Assembly: GCA_039917735.1 (NCBI GenBank)
Contig: JBDSIY010000102.1
Coordinates: forward strand, 3,888 to 67,887
Length of the DNA stretch: 64,000 bases
DNA from: Novosphingobium sp.
Lineage (GTDB): Bacteria; Pseudomonadota; Alphaproteobacteria; Sphingomonadales; Sphingomonadaceae
Direction of reading: 5' to 3'
Part shown: positions 1 through 9,099 of the stretch, piece after piece
How positions within the stretch are numbered: the first letter of the stretch is position 1
How the letters are laid out: every line of letters begins with the position of its first letter
The notes under the pieces: generated by a model
Databases searched by the model: none
What the model was told of the DNA's origin: nothing
What the model saw: only the letters and a program-made list of their open reading frames with translations
Position numbers and translations under genes: made by a program

Positions 1-206
1 ACCGCTTCCTGCGCAAGGCCGCGCGTCGCGAACAGCTCGAGCATCCCTTCGCGAAGCAGGTAGATCGAGCAGACCTCGCTATTGAGTCCGGCGCCGATCA
101 CCTCGACCACCGTGTTGAGCTTGGCCTGGGCCGGACTGCGCGACGCCATCACGTCGTGCAGTCGGGTGAGGATCATGCGGGCGGCGGCGACGGCGGTGGT
201 GGTCAT
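1..206 (-). CDS. ptsP: Phosphoenolpyruvate-protein phosphotransferase EI-Ntr, 5' part (N-terminal GAF domain); runs off the window start
   Basis: Not in the ORF track. Manual reverse-strand translation from ATG at 206 gives MTTTAVAAARMILTRLHDVMASRSPAQAKLNTVVEVIGAGLNSEVCSIYLLREGMLELFATRGLAQEAV, the typical GAF N-terminus of alphaproteobacterial PtsP. Confidence 0.85.
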   Translation of the reverse strand, partial: MTTTAVAAARMILTRLHDVMASRSPAQAKLNTVVEVIGAGLNSEVCSIYLLREGMLELFATRGLAQEA

Positions 207-215
207 GGCCGGCGA

Positions 216-266
216 CTAGAGCACTTCCCGGGAAAGTTGCACCGCTTTTCGGATCGGATCGCGGCG
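216..266 (+). repeat. Degenerate alphaproteobacterial interspersed repeat (TAGAGCAyTTyCC...AAAGT...CG.TTTT.CG type, Bru-RS/RIME-like)
   Basis: CTAGAGCACTTCCCGGGAAAGTTGCACCGCTTTTCGGATCGGATCGCGGCG resembles, from recall, the short intergenic repeats of Rhizobiales and Sphingomonadales. Single copy in the window. Confidence 0.4.
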
Positions 267-460
267 GGGCAATGGGGCCGAAGCGGCGCCCGAACAGACG
301 CACGCCGCACGCTTGGTTTCAAATGCACTTGGTGGGAGCGCGCCGATTTGGTGGCCCCCACCCTCGCACTGAACCCGCAGGATCGTCCCGGCGCCCAAAT
401 CGCGCCCCGGGAGATCCGTACTTCGTGATCCGGACAGGTTTGGCCGTGCTGACGGACTGG

Positions 461-616
461 TCAGCAGCGTTGGAGCTCTTCTTTAATTCGCAGTTTGCGC
501 TTCTTGATGGTCTGGACAATGGCGATGTCGGGCAGGGGCCGGTTCATTTCTTGCTGGAGCTGGCGTTCAAGCCCTGCGTGCTTGTTGTGCAGTGCGCTGA
601 CATGCGAAGTGTCCAA
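461..616 (-). CDS. DUF465/YdcH family small coiled-coil protein (51 aa)
   Basis: Not in the ORF track. TTG start at 616 preceded by AGGAGG; MDTSHVSALHNKHAGLERQLQQEMNRPLPDIAIVQTIKKRKLRIKEELQRC carries the H..L......E..RP.PD....Q.IKKRKL.IKEE signature. Confidence 0.85.
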   Translation of the reverse strand: MDTSHVSALHNKHAGLERQLQQEMNRPLPDIAIVQTIKKRKLRIKEELQRC

Positions 617-814
617 AATCTGGTCCTCCTTCTAGCGGGCCGGCCCACACCATCCGACTCGGCAAGAGCGGGAGCGGCGCGATTGCCAAGGAACCACAAT
701 CGACCTATCTTGCGAAGGCAAAAAGTGTCCGTTTCGGCAGGGCGCATCGCCCACGCGTCGAACTGTCAACCATGAGCGGGAAAAATTCGTGACGAGTTTT
801 GCGGGGCCGGCGGC

Positions 815-1012
815 GTGACCGAAGAGGAATTGCGCAAGCGGCTCCAGGGCTTGAAGATCGAGCATGGCGACCTCGACGCGGCGATCGACGCACTGTCGGC
901 GGGCGGCGCCACCGATCAGCTACAGGTCGCCCGGCTGAAGAAGCGCAAGCTCAAGCTCAAGGACCGGATCGCGCAGATCGAGGATTATCTGATACCCGAT
1001 ATCATCGCCTGA
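815..1012 (+). CDS. DUF465/YdcH family protein
   Basis: EHGDLDAAIDAL...DQLQVARLKKRKLKLKDRI, C-terminal PDIIA. Confidence 0.9.
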   Translation: MTEEELRKRLQGLKIEHGDLDAAIDALSAGGATDQLQVARLKKRKLKLKDRIAQIEDYLIPDIIA

Positions 1013-1065
1013 TCGCGCATGGTTCGCGGTGGCGGATGGCGCCATGGCTTCCTGCCTCGAATCCG

Positions 1066-1094
1066 TTGACGGTTGGTCGGGTGAAACCTAGATG
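1066..1094 (+). promoter_or_regulatory. Sigma70-type promoter for tRNA-Gly
   Basis: TTGACG-N17-TAGATG, ending 11 nt before the tRNA 5' end. Confidence 0.55.
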
Positions 1095-1105
1095 TCCGGC
1101 CAGTC

Positions 1106-1179
1106 GCGGGTGTAGCTCAATGGCAGAGCAGAAGCTTCCCAAGCTTACGACGAGGGTTCGATTCCCTTCACCCGCTCCA
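1106..1179 (+). tRNA. tRNA-Gly(CCC)
   Basis: GCGGGTG acceptor stem pairs with CACCCGC; D arm TAGCTCAATGGCAGAGC; anticodon loop TTCCCAA; GGTTCGATTCC T arm; encoded CCA; 74 nt. Confidence 0.97.
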
Positions 1180-1249
1180 GCATTCGCCTCACACTTGCGG
1201 TATCGACTCGCCCTTGGCGACGGCGCGAAGCGGGGCCATACGGTCAGCC

Positions 1250-2131
1250 ATGAACGCAGTCGCGCAAGGTCCGCCCTACGGTTGTGCCGAAAAGCTTGAG
1301 CCGCTCGTGCGGCGCGTGCTGACCCGCAATCCCTCGCCGTTCACATACACGGGGACACAGACCTATCTGGTCGGCAGTGCGGGTGAAGTCGCGGTGATCG
1401 ATCCCGGTCCCGACGATCCCGAGCATATTGCCGCGCTGCTGACCGGGATTGGCGGCGCCCGCGTCATCGCGATCTGCTGCACGCACACGCACCGCGATCA
1501 TTCGCCCGCCGCCGCGCCACTGGCCAAAGCCACGGGAGCCCCCGTGATCGGCTGCGCGCCGCTGTCGCTGGCGGACGAGGGTCCGCGCTCGGACGCGGCA
1601 TTCGACACCTCCTATCATCCCGACCATGTGCTCGAAGAAAGCGGAAGGGTGCGGGGGCAAGGCTTCACCCTGACCGCCGTCGCCACTCCCGGGCACACCT
1701 CCAACCACCTGTGCTATGCGCTGGACGAGAGCGGCGCGTTGTTCACCGGCGATCATGTGATGGGCTGGTCGACCACCGTCGTCTCGCCGCCGGACGGCGA
1801 TATGGGCGACTATATGGCCTCGCTGCAAAAGCTGCAGGAGCGCGAGGACAGTATCTATTACCCCGCCCACGGAGCGGCGGTCGAAAAGCCACACCAGCTG
1901 GTGCGCGGCATGCTCGGCCACCGCCGCCAGCGCGAGAAACAGATCCTGCGGCTGCTCGGCGAAGGGGTGGGCGCTATCTCCGACATGGTTCCGCGCATGT
2001 ACGCCGGACTGGATGAGCGGCTCCATCCGGCGGCCGGCCGCTCGGTGCTCGCACATCTGATCGAGCTGGAACGCCGCCATGTCGTTGCCCGCGCGCCCGA
2101 TGCTGGCGAGCCTTGGGTGATCGCGGCGTAG
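1250..2131 (+). CDS. MBL-fold metallo-hydrolase (LACTB2-like)
   Basis: NPSPFTYTGTQTY, THTHRDHS, TPGHTSNH, FTGDHVMGWST and YPAHG motifs. Confidence 0.92.
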   Translation: MNAVAQGPPYGCAEKLEPLVRRVLTRNPSPFTYTGTQTYLVGSAGEVAVIDPGPDDPEHIAALLTGIGGARVIAICCTHTHRDHSPAAAPLAKATGAPVIGCAPLSLADEGPRSDAAFDTSYHPDHVLEESGRVRGQGFTLTAVATPGHTSNHLCYALDESGALFTGDHVMGWSTTVVSPPDGDMGDYMASLQKLQEREDSIYYPAHGAAVEKPHQLVRGMLGHRRQREKQILRLLGEGVGAISDMVPRMYAGLDERLHPAAGRSVLAHLIELERRHVVARAPDAGEPWVIAA

Positions 2132-2151
2132 GGCGGGGCCGGCCGCGTTCC

Positions 2152-2670
2152 TCAGTCGATCGTCACCGTCACCGCGCGGCGGTTCCTGCTCCACGATCCC
2201 TCGTCCGAGCCGGGCGCGGCGGGGCGTTCCTTGCCGTAGCTGACGGTGGTCAGCCGCGCCGGTCCCACGCCGAGGCTCGACAGGTAGTTCTTGGCCGCGT
2301 TGGCGCGGCGTTCGCCGAGCGCCAGGTTGTATTCGCGCGTGCCGCGCTCGTCGCAATGGCCCTCGATCGTCGCCCGCTTGTCCGGATATCGCAGCAGCCA
2401 CTGCGCCTGCTTCTGCAGCGCCGCCGAATCCTCGCCGTCGATGTTATATTGGTCGGTGTCGAAATAGATCGTGTCGGCGCCTTGGGTGACCGCGACGAAG
2501 TCCGCCTGGCTGCCGGGCGCGGCGCCGATCGTGCTCGCGCCGGTGTCGGTCGAGGTCGCCGCGCCAGGCTCGGGTGGCAGCATCTTGGGCGCCTTCTTCG
2601 CGCATCCGGACATCGCCAGCGTGCCTGCCAGCATCAAGGCGACCGGGACGATTCGAAACGGGGTTGCCAT
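2152..2670 (-). CDS. pal: Peptidoglycan-associated lipoprotein Pal (OmpA family)
   Basis: Lipobox MSGC; IEGHCDERGTREYNLALGERRA; downstream of tolB. Confidence 0.96.
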   Translation of the reverse strand: MATPFRIVPVALMLAGTLAMSGCAKKAPKMLPPEPGAATSTDTGASTIGAAPGSQADFVAVTQGADTIYFDTDQYNIDGEDSAALQKQAQWLLRYPDKRATIEGHCDERGTREYNLALGERRANAAKNYLSSLGVGPARLTTVSYGKERPAAPGSDEGSWSRNRRAVTVTID

Positions 2671-2718
2671 CAAAATTCTCCTTTAAGGGTCAAAACGAAG
2701 TCCATCGTCGCCTGTGCC

Positions 2719-4092
2719 TCAGGGCCGGATCGGACCCCAGGCGGGATCGGACGCGTCGACCGGCGTCGGCAGCCGGCGCTCGTTGCGGCCCGTCAGGTCG
2801 ACTTGCCACAGCGAGGCCTTGCCACTGTTCTTCTCGGTGCGGAAGAACTGGATAATCCGGCCATTTGGCGCCCAGGTCGGCGCTTCGTCCTGCCAGCTGT
2901 CCGTGAGGTAGCGCATGCCGCCGCCGCTCGGGTTCATCACCGCGATCCGCAAGTTTCCGGCGATATGGGTGAACGCGATCTGGTCGCCGCGCGGGCTCCA
3001 TTCGGGCGTCGCCGCGCGGCCGCCGAAGAAGCTGATCCGCTGCTGGCCGCTGCCGTCCGCGTTCATCACATAGACCTGCTGGCTGCCCGAACGGTCACTC
3101 TCGAAGGTGATCTTGCTGCCATCGGGCGAGAAGCTGCCGCCGATGTCGATACCGGGGCTGTCGGTGAGCTTCTGCGGTGTGCCCCCGGTGGCCGGGATGC
3201 GGTAGATATCGGTGTTGCCGGCGATCGCCATCGAATAGAGAATCCAGCGCCCGTCCGGCGACCAGCGCGGTGCCATCGTCGGGTTGCCGCTGCGCGTCAC
3301 CAGCCGTTGCCGGTTGGTGGCGAGATCGTAGACGTAGATGCTCGGAACGCCGTTCAGATAAGACAGGTAGAGGATCGAGCGGTAATCGGGCGAGTAGCGC
3401 GGGGTAAGGGCCGTCGCCTGCCCGCTGGTCAGATAGCGGTGGTTGGCCCCGTCCGAATCCATCACCGCGAGCCGCTTGACCCGGCGCCCCTTCGGCCCGG
3501 TCTCGGCGATATAGGCGAGGCGGCTGTCGAAGAACGGGCTTTCTCCGGAGAGCCGAGAATAGACCATGTCGGCGCATTTATGCGCGGCCCGGCGCCAGTC
3601 CTCGGGGGGCACCACCCAGCCGGCGCGTCTGAGCTGCTGGCCGAGCGCAACATCGTAGAGATAGCAGCCGACGGTCAGCTGCCCGTCCGGATTGGCGCGC
3701 ACATAGCCCTGCACCAGCATGTCCGCGCCGCGACCGCGCCAACTTCCAAAATCCGGGGCGGAGATTTGTTCGTAAGCGGGTTGCGGTAGTCCATCGGGCC
3801 CAGAGGGCTTGAACAGCCCGTTGTTCCTGAGGTCGGCGGCGACAACCTCTGACAAGCCGCGGCCTAGCGCCGAGGTCGATCCCGCCGCGGTGCGGGTCGG
3901 CACGTCCTGGTCGGTGGCGAAGCTGGCGATGGCGATGCCGAGGTCCTGCCACTGGTTTTCGTCGGACACCGAGCCGCTGAGTCCGCCTCCCTCGCCGGGT
4001 GTCTGATCCGGCGCCGGCTGGGCGGCAGCCAGCGCGGGTGCTGCGAGGCCCAGCACGGCGGAGGAGAAAAGCGCGAACAAGCGAGAAATCAT
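2719..4092 (-). CDS. tolB: Tol-Pal beta-propeller protein TolB
   Basis: Signal peptide from MISRLFALF (ATG 4092); WRRAAHKCAD, FFDSRLAYIAETGP, PD40 repeats (P.WSPDG). Confidence 0.96.
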   Translation of the reverse strand: MISRLFALFSSAVLGLAAPALAAAQPAPDQTPGEGGGLSGSVSDENQWQDLGIAIASFATDQDVPTRTAAGSTSALGRGLSEVVAADLRNNGLFKPSGPDGLPQPAYEQISAPDFGSWRGRGADMLVQGYVRANPDGQLTVGCYLYDVALGQQLRRAGWVVPPEDWRRAAHKCADMVYSRLSGESPFFDSRLAYIAETGPKGRRVKRLAVMDSDGANHRYLTSGQATALTPRYSPDYRSILYLSYLNGVPSIYVYDLATNRQRLVTRSGNPTMAPRWSPDGRWILYSMAIAGNTDIYRIPATGGTPQKLTDSPGIDIGGSFSPDGSKITFESDRSGSQQVYVMNADGSGQQRISFFGGRAATPEWSPRGDQIAFTHIAGNLRIAVMNPSGGGMRYLTDSWQDEAPTWAPNGRIIQFFRTEKNSGKASLWQVDLTGRNERRLPTPVDASDPAWGPIRP

Positions 4093-4979
4093 TGTGAAAG
4101 TCTCTTGTCGAAGCGGAACGAGGAGACGTGCTTCCACGCGTCGAAATACTCGTCCGGCAGGTCGAAGGGAGCAGCCAGTTCGACCGCGCGAAGTGCCTGC
4201 TCGGCATGGCGGTCGGCTTGGGCGCGGTTGGCGTCGGTAATGCCGGACTGGCGGACAACGCGCGGACTGCCGTCGAGGCTGCCGTCGGGATTGAGGTTGA
4301 ATGCCAGCACCGTCACCAGCAGTTCGGCGTCCGCGCCTTGCGGCGCCGCCCAATAGGGCTTGAGCTGGCGCGAAATCGCCGATGCGAGCGATGCCCGCAC
4401 CGCCGGGCCGATCGCCGCCGCCGGAGGGTCACGGGAATCTCCCGCCTCGGCAGCCGGTACGCCCTTGAGGAAGTCCGTGCCGATCCGGCTCCCCCCGGCG
4501 GGTTTGTTCCGCGTGTCAACAGCCGGCTTGGCCCGGGTCGCAACCGTCTTGGTGGCGGCAGGCCGGCGCGGCGCGGGCGCGGGCTTGGCCTTCTGGGGTT
4601 GCGCAGCCCGTACTGGCGGCGCGGGAGCAGCCTTCGGCTGCGGTCGGGCCAGCGGCGGCGTAGGCGCGGGCCGAGCCAAGGGAGCGGGATCGGCCGGAGC
4701 AGGCGGCACTACCGGCGGGTTGACGATTGCGGGCTGCGGAGGTGCCGGCTGGGGCTCGCCGAGCTGTGGCGCGACATCCGGCGCGGCGCGCGCGGCCGGC
4801 TGGGGGGATGTGGAGGCCGGGCCGACCTCCTCGCTGATCGTCACTGTGACGCGATCGGGCAGCGCCGGTGGTGGCGGCGCAGGGCGGTGGAGCAGGAACA
4901 CGGCAGCGATCGCCACGTGCAGCGCAACGGCCGTGATCAGGCCGATCCGTTCGTCGTTGCGGAGCGCGGTTGCCGCCAT
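4089..4979 (-). CDS. tolA: TolA/TonB-like energy transducer
   Basis: N-terminal TM helix, long Pro/Ala-rich linker, TonB_C-like C-terminus; lies between tolR and tolB. Confidence 0.85.
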   Translation of the reverse strand: MAATALRNDERIGLITAVALHVAIAAVFLLHRPAPPPPALPDRVTVTISEEVGPASTSPQPAARAAPDVAPQLGEPQPAPPQPAIVNPPVVPPAPADPAPLARPAPTPPLARPQPKAAPAPPVRAAQPQKAKPAPAPRRPAATKTVATRAKPAVDTRNKPAGGSRIGTDFLKGVPAAEAGDSRDPPAAAIGPAVRASLASAISRQLKPYWAAPQGADAELLVTVLAFNLNPDGSLDGSPRVVRQSGITDANRAQADRHAEQALRAVELAAPFDLPDEYFDAWKHVSSFRFDKRLSQ

Positions 4980-5021
4980 GCCGTCCGGCTAGGTTCCGCC
5001 GCCTGAACGCGTCATGACCAC

Positions 5022-5486
5022 TTACAGGCCCTGGGGAGCGGTGGCGCCGGCGGTGGTGACCAGCGAGATCGCGTTGAATCCGGCGCGGTTGAGTTCACCC
5101 ATCACCGCCATCACTCGGCCATAATCGAGCGCCCGGTCGGCCCGCAGCGTCACCAGCGGCGGTTTGCCGTCCGGCCCCGCTGGCACGGCGCCCAGCCGCG
5201 CGGCGAGTTGCCCCGGCGCGAGGCGATCGCCGTCGAGATAGGCTGTGCCGTCCCGATCGAGGGTGAGCGTCAGCTGCCGCGCATCTTCCGATAGCGGCCG
5301 CGCGCGGCTTTCGGGAAGCTGCACCGGCACGCCGGCCTTGAGCAGCGGCGCCGTCACCATGAAGATGATCAGCAGCACCAGCATCACGTCGACAAGCGGC
5401 GTGACGTTGATCTCCGCCATCGGCGCGCGCTTGCCGCCGCGCCGGCTTCGGCGCGCTGCGGCGCCCGATCCGATCCGCATTGCCAT
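5022..5486 (-). CDS. tolR: TolR/ExbD family protein
   Basis: EINVTPLVDVMLVLLIIFMVTAP; LRADRALDYGRVM. Confidence 0.95.
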   Translation of the reverse strand: MAMRIGSGAAARRSRRGGKRAPMAEINVTPLVDVMLVLLIIFMVTAPLLKAGVPVQLPESRARPLSEDARQLTLTLDRDGTAYLDGDRLAPGQLAARLGAVPAGPDGKPPLVTLRADRALDYGRVMAVMGELNRAGFNAISLVTTAGATAPQGL

Positions 5487-5490
5487 CCCC

Positions 5491-6192
5491 TTAGCCGTCG
5501 AGCTGGCGGCTGAGCGACGCGTGGAACGCATCGGCGAAGCGCTGCATCCGCGCCTCGAAGGCGTTCACGGCATGCGAGAAGCGGTTGTAGGCGATCACCG
5601 CCGGGATCGCCGCGAACAAGCCGATTGCGGTGGCAAACAGCGCCTCGGAGATGCCCGGCGCGACCACGGCGAGCGACGAGTTCTGCTGTTGGCCGATCTG
5701 GAAGAAGCTGTTCATGATCCCCCACACCGTGCCGAACAGTCCGACGAAGGGCGCGACCGAACCCACCGTCGCCAGGAAGTTGAGCCTCCCGGCGAGCTTG
5801 TCGGCTTCGTTCGCGACCTCCGATTCGAGCACGATGGCGAGCCGCTGGCGCGTGCCGTCGCGATCGATCGCCTCGCCGGCCGTCGAGTGGTGCCACTCCG
5901 TCAGTCCCGCCGCCGCCACCCTTGCCGACGGCACTTCGCCGCGGCCGCGCCGCTGCTGGAACTCGTCGAAGTCGGCGGCCTGCCAGAACTCGGTCTCATA
6001 AATGGCGTTGCGCCGTCGCACTCCGCGCATCCGCATGGAAAAAGCGACGATGATCGTCCACACCCAGACACTGGCCAGCAGCAGCCCGACCATCACGATC
6101 TGGACGACGATATCTGCGTCAAGGAACAGTTTCACCGGGTTGAGGTGCGCGGGCGCCCCGGCGGCGGCGGCGAGGATCGGCAGGGAGGTCAT
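5491..6192 (-). CDS. tolQ: TolQ (MotA/TolQ/ExbB)
   Basis: LATVGSVAPFVGLFGTVWGIMNSF; APGISEALFATAIGLFAAIPA. Confidence 0.96.
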   Translation of the reverse strand: MTSLPILAAAAGAPAHLNPVKLFLDADIVVQIVMVGLLLASVWVWTIIVAFSMRMRGVRRRNAIYETEFWQAADFDEFQQRRGRGEVPSARVAAAGLTEWHHSTAGEAIDRDGTRQRLAIVLESEVANEADKLAGRLNFLATVGSVAPFVGLFGTVWGIMNSFFQIGQQQNSSLAVVAPGISEALFATAIGLFAAIPAVIAYNRFSHAVNAFEARMQRFADAFHASLSRQLDG

Positions 6193-6194
6193 CG

Positions 6195-6662
6195 TTATCC
6201 TTCAGGACCGGAAACGAGCGAGGCGAAGGCGCGGCGCCACGGCTCGGGCTGGCGGCGCGGCCGGCCGTCGCGCCCAATGAAACCCACCCGCACCAACGCT
6301 TCCGCCAATAGTGTATTGGGCGGCGTGCCGGCCCGGAGGGCTCGCTGGCGCAGGCGGCAGCTGGCGGCGCGCACCTCCTCGGCGCGGCTTTCTATCAGCA
6401 CCGCGTCATCAAGGCGCGCCGGCGCGAGGTAGCGGATCGAAAGATCGGCAACCGCATAGGAACCCTCGCCGGACTCGAAAGCCGTGCGCTGGTCGATGCC
6501 GAGCAACCGCAGCATGTCCGATCGCGCGCGCTCGAACCAGCGCAGGTAATTGGCGTGATAGACCGCGCCGCTGAGGTCGGTGTCCTCATAGTAGACGCGA
6601 AGCGCGAAGCGATGGAGCGAGCCATCGAAACTGCCGCCTGAGGGTTCGGGGAGCAGGGCCAT
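6195..6662 (-). CDS. ybgC: YbgC/FadM family acyl-CoA thioesterase
   Basis: RVYYEDTDLSGAVYHANYLRWFERAR; first gene of the tol-pal operon; ATG at 6662. Confidence 0.92.
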   Translation of the reverse strand: MALLPEPSGGSFDGSLHRFALRVYYEDTDLSGAVYHANYLRWFERARSDMLRLLGIDQRTAFESGEGSYAVADLSIRYLAPARLDDAVLIESRAEEVRAASCRLRQRALRAGTPPNTLLAEALVRVGFIGRDGRPRRQPEPWRRAFASLVSGPEG

Positions 6663-6772
6663 GGCGCGGCTGTTAGCCTTCCGCCGAGTCGCTCGGCAAG
6701 CGGGGGTGGCGCGATTCGGGCGTTTTCTCCCCGGCTCGTCACGCTGGCGCGGCGCTTGGCCGCGCGGACGGT

Positions 6773-7150
6773 TCAATCGGCGATCATCTGGAAGAGCTGG
6801 CGGCCGCCGAAGATGTGGACATGGAGGTGCGGCACCTCTTGATGGCCGTGCCCGCCGTGGTTGACCATTAGCCGATAGCCGGGTTCGTCGAGCCCAAGCT
6901 GCCGCGTCACCGTGCCAACCGCGCGGATGAACCCGGCAATCTCGGCATCGGCGGCCTGCGCGGTGAAATCGTCCCACCCGACGTAGCGTCCCCTGGGGAT
7001 GACCAGCACATGCACTGGCGCCTGTGGCCGGATATCGCGAAAGGCGATCGCGTGATCGTCCTCATAGACCTTGTCGCAGGGCAGCTCGCCGCGCAGGATG
7101 CGGGCGAAAATGTTGGTATCGTCGTAGGGCTGGCGCGGGTCGATCGGCAT
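6773..7150 (-). CDS. Histidine triad (HIT) nucleotide-binding protein
   Basis: NIFARILRGELPC; QEVPHLHVHIFGG. Confidence 0.95.
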   Translation of the reverse strand: MPIDPRQPYDDTNIFARILRGELPCDKVYEDDHAIAFRDIRPQAPVHVLVIPRGRYVGWDDFTAQAADAEIAGFIRAVGTVTRQLGLDEPGYRLMVNHGGHGHQEVPHLHVHIFGGRQLFQMIAD

Positions 7151-7153
7151 CCG

Positions 7154-7480
7154 TCATCCTTGCTTGCGGTGGGCCTTCTCGGCCAGCCCCGAGGTGCCCT
7201 CACGACGGTTCAGTTCGGCGAGCACCTCGGCCAGCGGCACCCCCTTGGCGGCGAGCAGCACCATCAGGTGGAACAGCAGGTCGGCCACCTCACCGACCAG
7301 CGCCTCGCGGTCTTCGGCGAGAGCGGCTACGATCGTCTCGACCGCCTCCTCGCCGAATTTCTGGGTGATCTTTGGCAGCCCCTTGGCATGGAGCTTTGCG
7401 ACATAGCTCGAGCTGGGATCGGCTGTGCGCCGCGACGCGATCGTCGCTTCCAGGCGGTCCAGCGTCATGGGCTCGGTCAT
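7154..7480 (-). CDS. hisE: Phosphoribosyl-ATP diphosphatase
   Basis: SYVAKLHAKG...QKFGEEAVE...EVADLLFHL. Confidence 0.96.
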   Translation of the reverse strand: MTEPMTLDRLEATIASRRTADPSSSYVAKLHAKGLPKITQKFGEEAVETIVAALAEDREALVGEVADLLFHLMVLLAAKGVPLAEVLAELNRREGTSGLAEKAHRKQG

Positions 7481-7519
7481 CGCCCGGCCATGCGGAAGCG
7501 CGGCTTTGCGGTCAAGCCA

Positions 7520-8278
7520 TCAGCCCCGTGCCGGCAGCCCGGCCGCACGCAAGGCGGCGTGCGCATCGGCGATCGAATGCCTGCCGAAATGGAAGATCGA
7601 CGCCGCGAGCACCGCGCTGGCATGGCCCTCGATCACGCCCTCGACGAGATGATCGAGCGTGCCGACACCGCCGCTGGCGATCACCGGCACCGTCACCGCA
7701 TCGGCGATGGCGCGGGTCAGGGCGAGGTCGTACCCCGCCTGGGTGCCGTCGCCATCCATCGAGGTGACCAGCAATTCGCCGGCGCCAAGTTCGGCGAGGC
7801 GCACCGCATGCGCTACCGCGTCGATGCCGGTGGCGCGCCGTCCGCCGTGGATGAAAATCTCCCAGCCGCGATCGCTCTTCCGCGCATCGACCGAGGCGAC
7901 GACGCACTGGCTGCCGAACTTCGCGGCGATCTCGCCGACCAGCTCCGGCCGCGCCACCGCAGCCGAATTGACCGCCACCTTGTCGGCCCCGGCGAGCAGC
8001 AGCGCCCGCGCATCCTCGACTGTGCGGACGCCGCCGCCGACGGTGAGCGGCATGAAGCAGACCTCGGCGGTGCGCCGCACCACATCGAGCAGCGTGCCGC
8101 GCCCCTCGTGACTGGCGGAAATGTCGAGGAAGCACAATTCGTCGGCGCCCGCCAGATCATACGCCCGCGCCTGCTCGACCGGATCCCCCGCGTCGGCGAG
8201 GTCCACGAAGTTCACCCCCTTGACCACGCGTCCCTCGGCGACATCGAGGCAGGGGATGACGCGGACGCGGACGGTCAT
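7520..8278 (-). CDS. hisF: Imidazole glycerol phosphate synthase cyclase subunit
   Basis: RVIPCLDV...VVKGVNF; [16 protein letters not shown]; ATG 8278 overlaps the hisA stop. Confidence 0.97.
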   Translation of the reverse strand: MTVRVRVIPCLDVAEGRVVKGVNFVDLADAGDPVEQARAYDLAGADELCFLDISASHEGRGTLLDVVRRTAEVCFMPLTVGGGVRTVEDARALLLAGADKVAVNSAAVARPELVGEIAAKFGSQCVVASVDARKSDRGWEIFIHGGRRATGIDAVAHAVRLAELGAGELLVTSMDGDGTQAGYDLALTRAIADAVTVPVIASGGVGTLDHLVEGVIEGHASAVLAASIFHFGRHSIADAHAALRAAGLPARG

Positions 8279-9006
8279 TTTTCGGCCTCGGCCACCGCCA
8301 TCGCCTCGGCCAGATCGAGCCGGCCGTCGTACAGCGCCCGCCCCGTGATCACGCCTTCGATGCCTTGGTCCGCGTGCCCTGCCAGTTCGCGGATGTCGTC
8401 GATGCCGGCGACGCCGCCGCTGGCGATCACCGGCAGCGTGGTCTCTCGGGCGAGTCCGACGGTGGCGGCGACGTTGCAGCCCTTGAGCAGCCCGTCGCGG
8501 CCGATGTCGGTAAACAGCAGCGCGGCGACGCCAGCGTCCTCGAAGCGGCGCGCCATCTCGGCCACCAGAACGTCGGAGACCTCGGCCCAACCCGCCGTCG
8601 CGACCCGGCCGTCGCGCGCGTCCACCGCGACGACGATACGCCCCGCCCAAGCCGTCGCCATCTCACGAACGAAGCCCGGATCGGTCAGCGCTGCCGTTCC
8701 GATGACGATCCGGGCGACGCCGAGCGCGAACCAGCCCTCGACCGCCGCCGGGGTGCGGATGCCGCCGCCGAGCTGGACCTGGCCGGGGAAGACCGCGAGG
8801 ATTCCCTCGACCGCTTCGCGGTTGCGCGCCGCGCCGGCGAACGCCCCGTCGAGATCGACGACATGGAGGAACCGCGCCCCCGCCTTGGCGAAGGCCTTGG
8901 CCTGCGCGGCGGGATCGTCGCCGTAGATGGTCGCCCGGTCCATGTCGCCCTCGGCAAGGCGGACGACCTGGCCCTGCTTGAGGTCGATGGCGGGAAAGAC
9001 GATCAT
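8275..9006 (-). CDS. hisA: ProFAR isomerase HisA
   Basis: [17 protein letters not shown]; [10 protein letters not shown]; QLGGGIRT; TDIGRDG; VITGRALY. Confidence 0.97.
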   Translation of the reverse strand: MIVFPAIDLKQGQVVRLAEGDMDRATIYGDDPAAQAKAFAKAGARFLHVVDLDGAFAGAARNREAVEGILAVFPGQVQLGGGIRTPAAVEGWFALGVARIVIGTAALTDPGFVREMATAWAGRIVVAVDARDGRVATAGWAEVSDVLVAEMARRFEDAGVAALLFTDIGRDGLLKGCNVAATVGLARETTLPVIASGGVAGIDDIRELAGHADQGIEGVITGRALYDGRLDLAEAMAVAEAEK

Positions 9007-9099
9007 CCGATGCGCCTAATTCGCCGAGGCACCCATTGCAAACGCCGCGTCTCAACGGGCGCACGGAGACAGAGCGATGCTGGCAAGCGCGAGAGGCGT

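Noticed and set aside
1106-1179. tRNA-Gly as an integration site for the accessory region
   Set aside because: No duplicated tRNA 3' end and no integrase seen; it is followed by ordinary chromosomal genes.
4500-4900. Low-complexity Pro/Ala repeats
   Set aside because: This is the normal TolA/TonB periplasmic linker, not a repeat array.
2113-8926. Long antisense/alternative-frame ORFs (e.g. 2113-3789, 5245-6432, 7010-8926)
   Set aside because: They are shadows of tol-pal and his genes in high-GC DNA; the translations are Arg/Gly/Ala-rich with no motifs.
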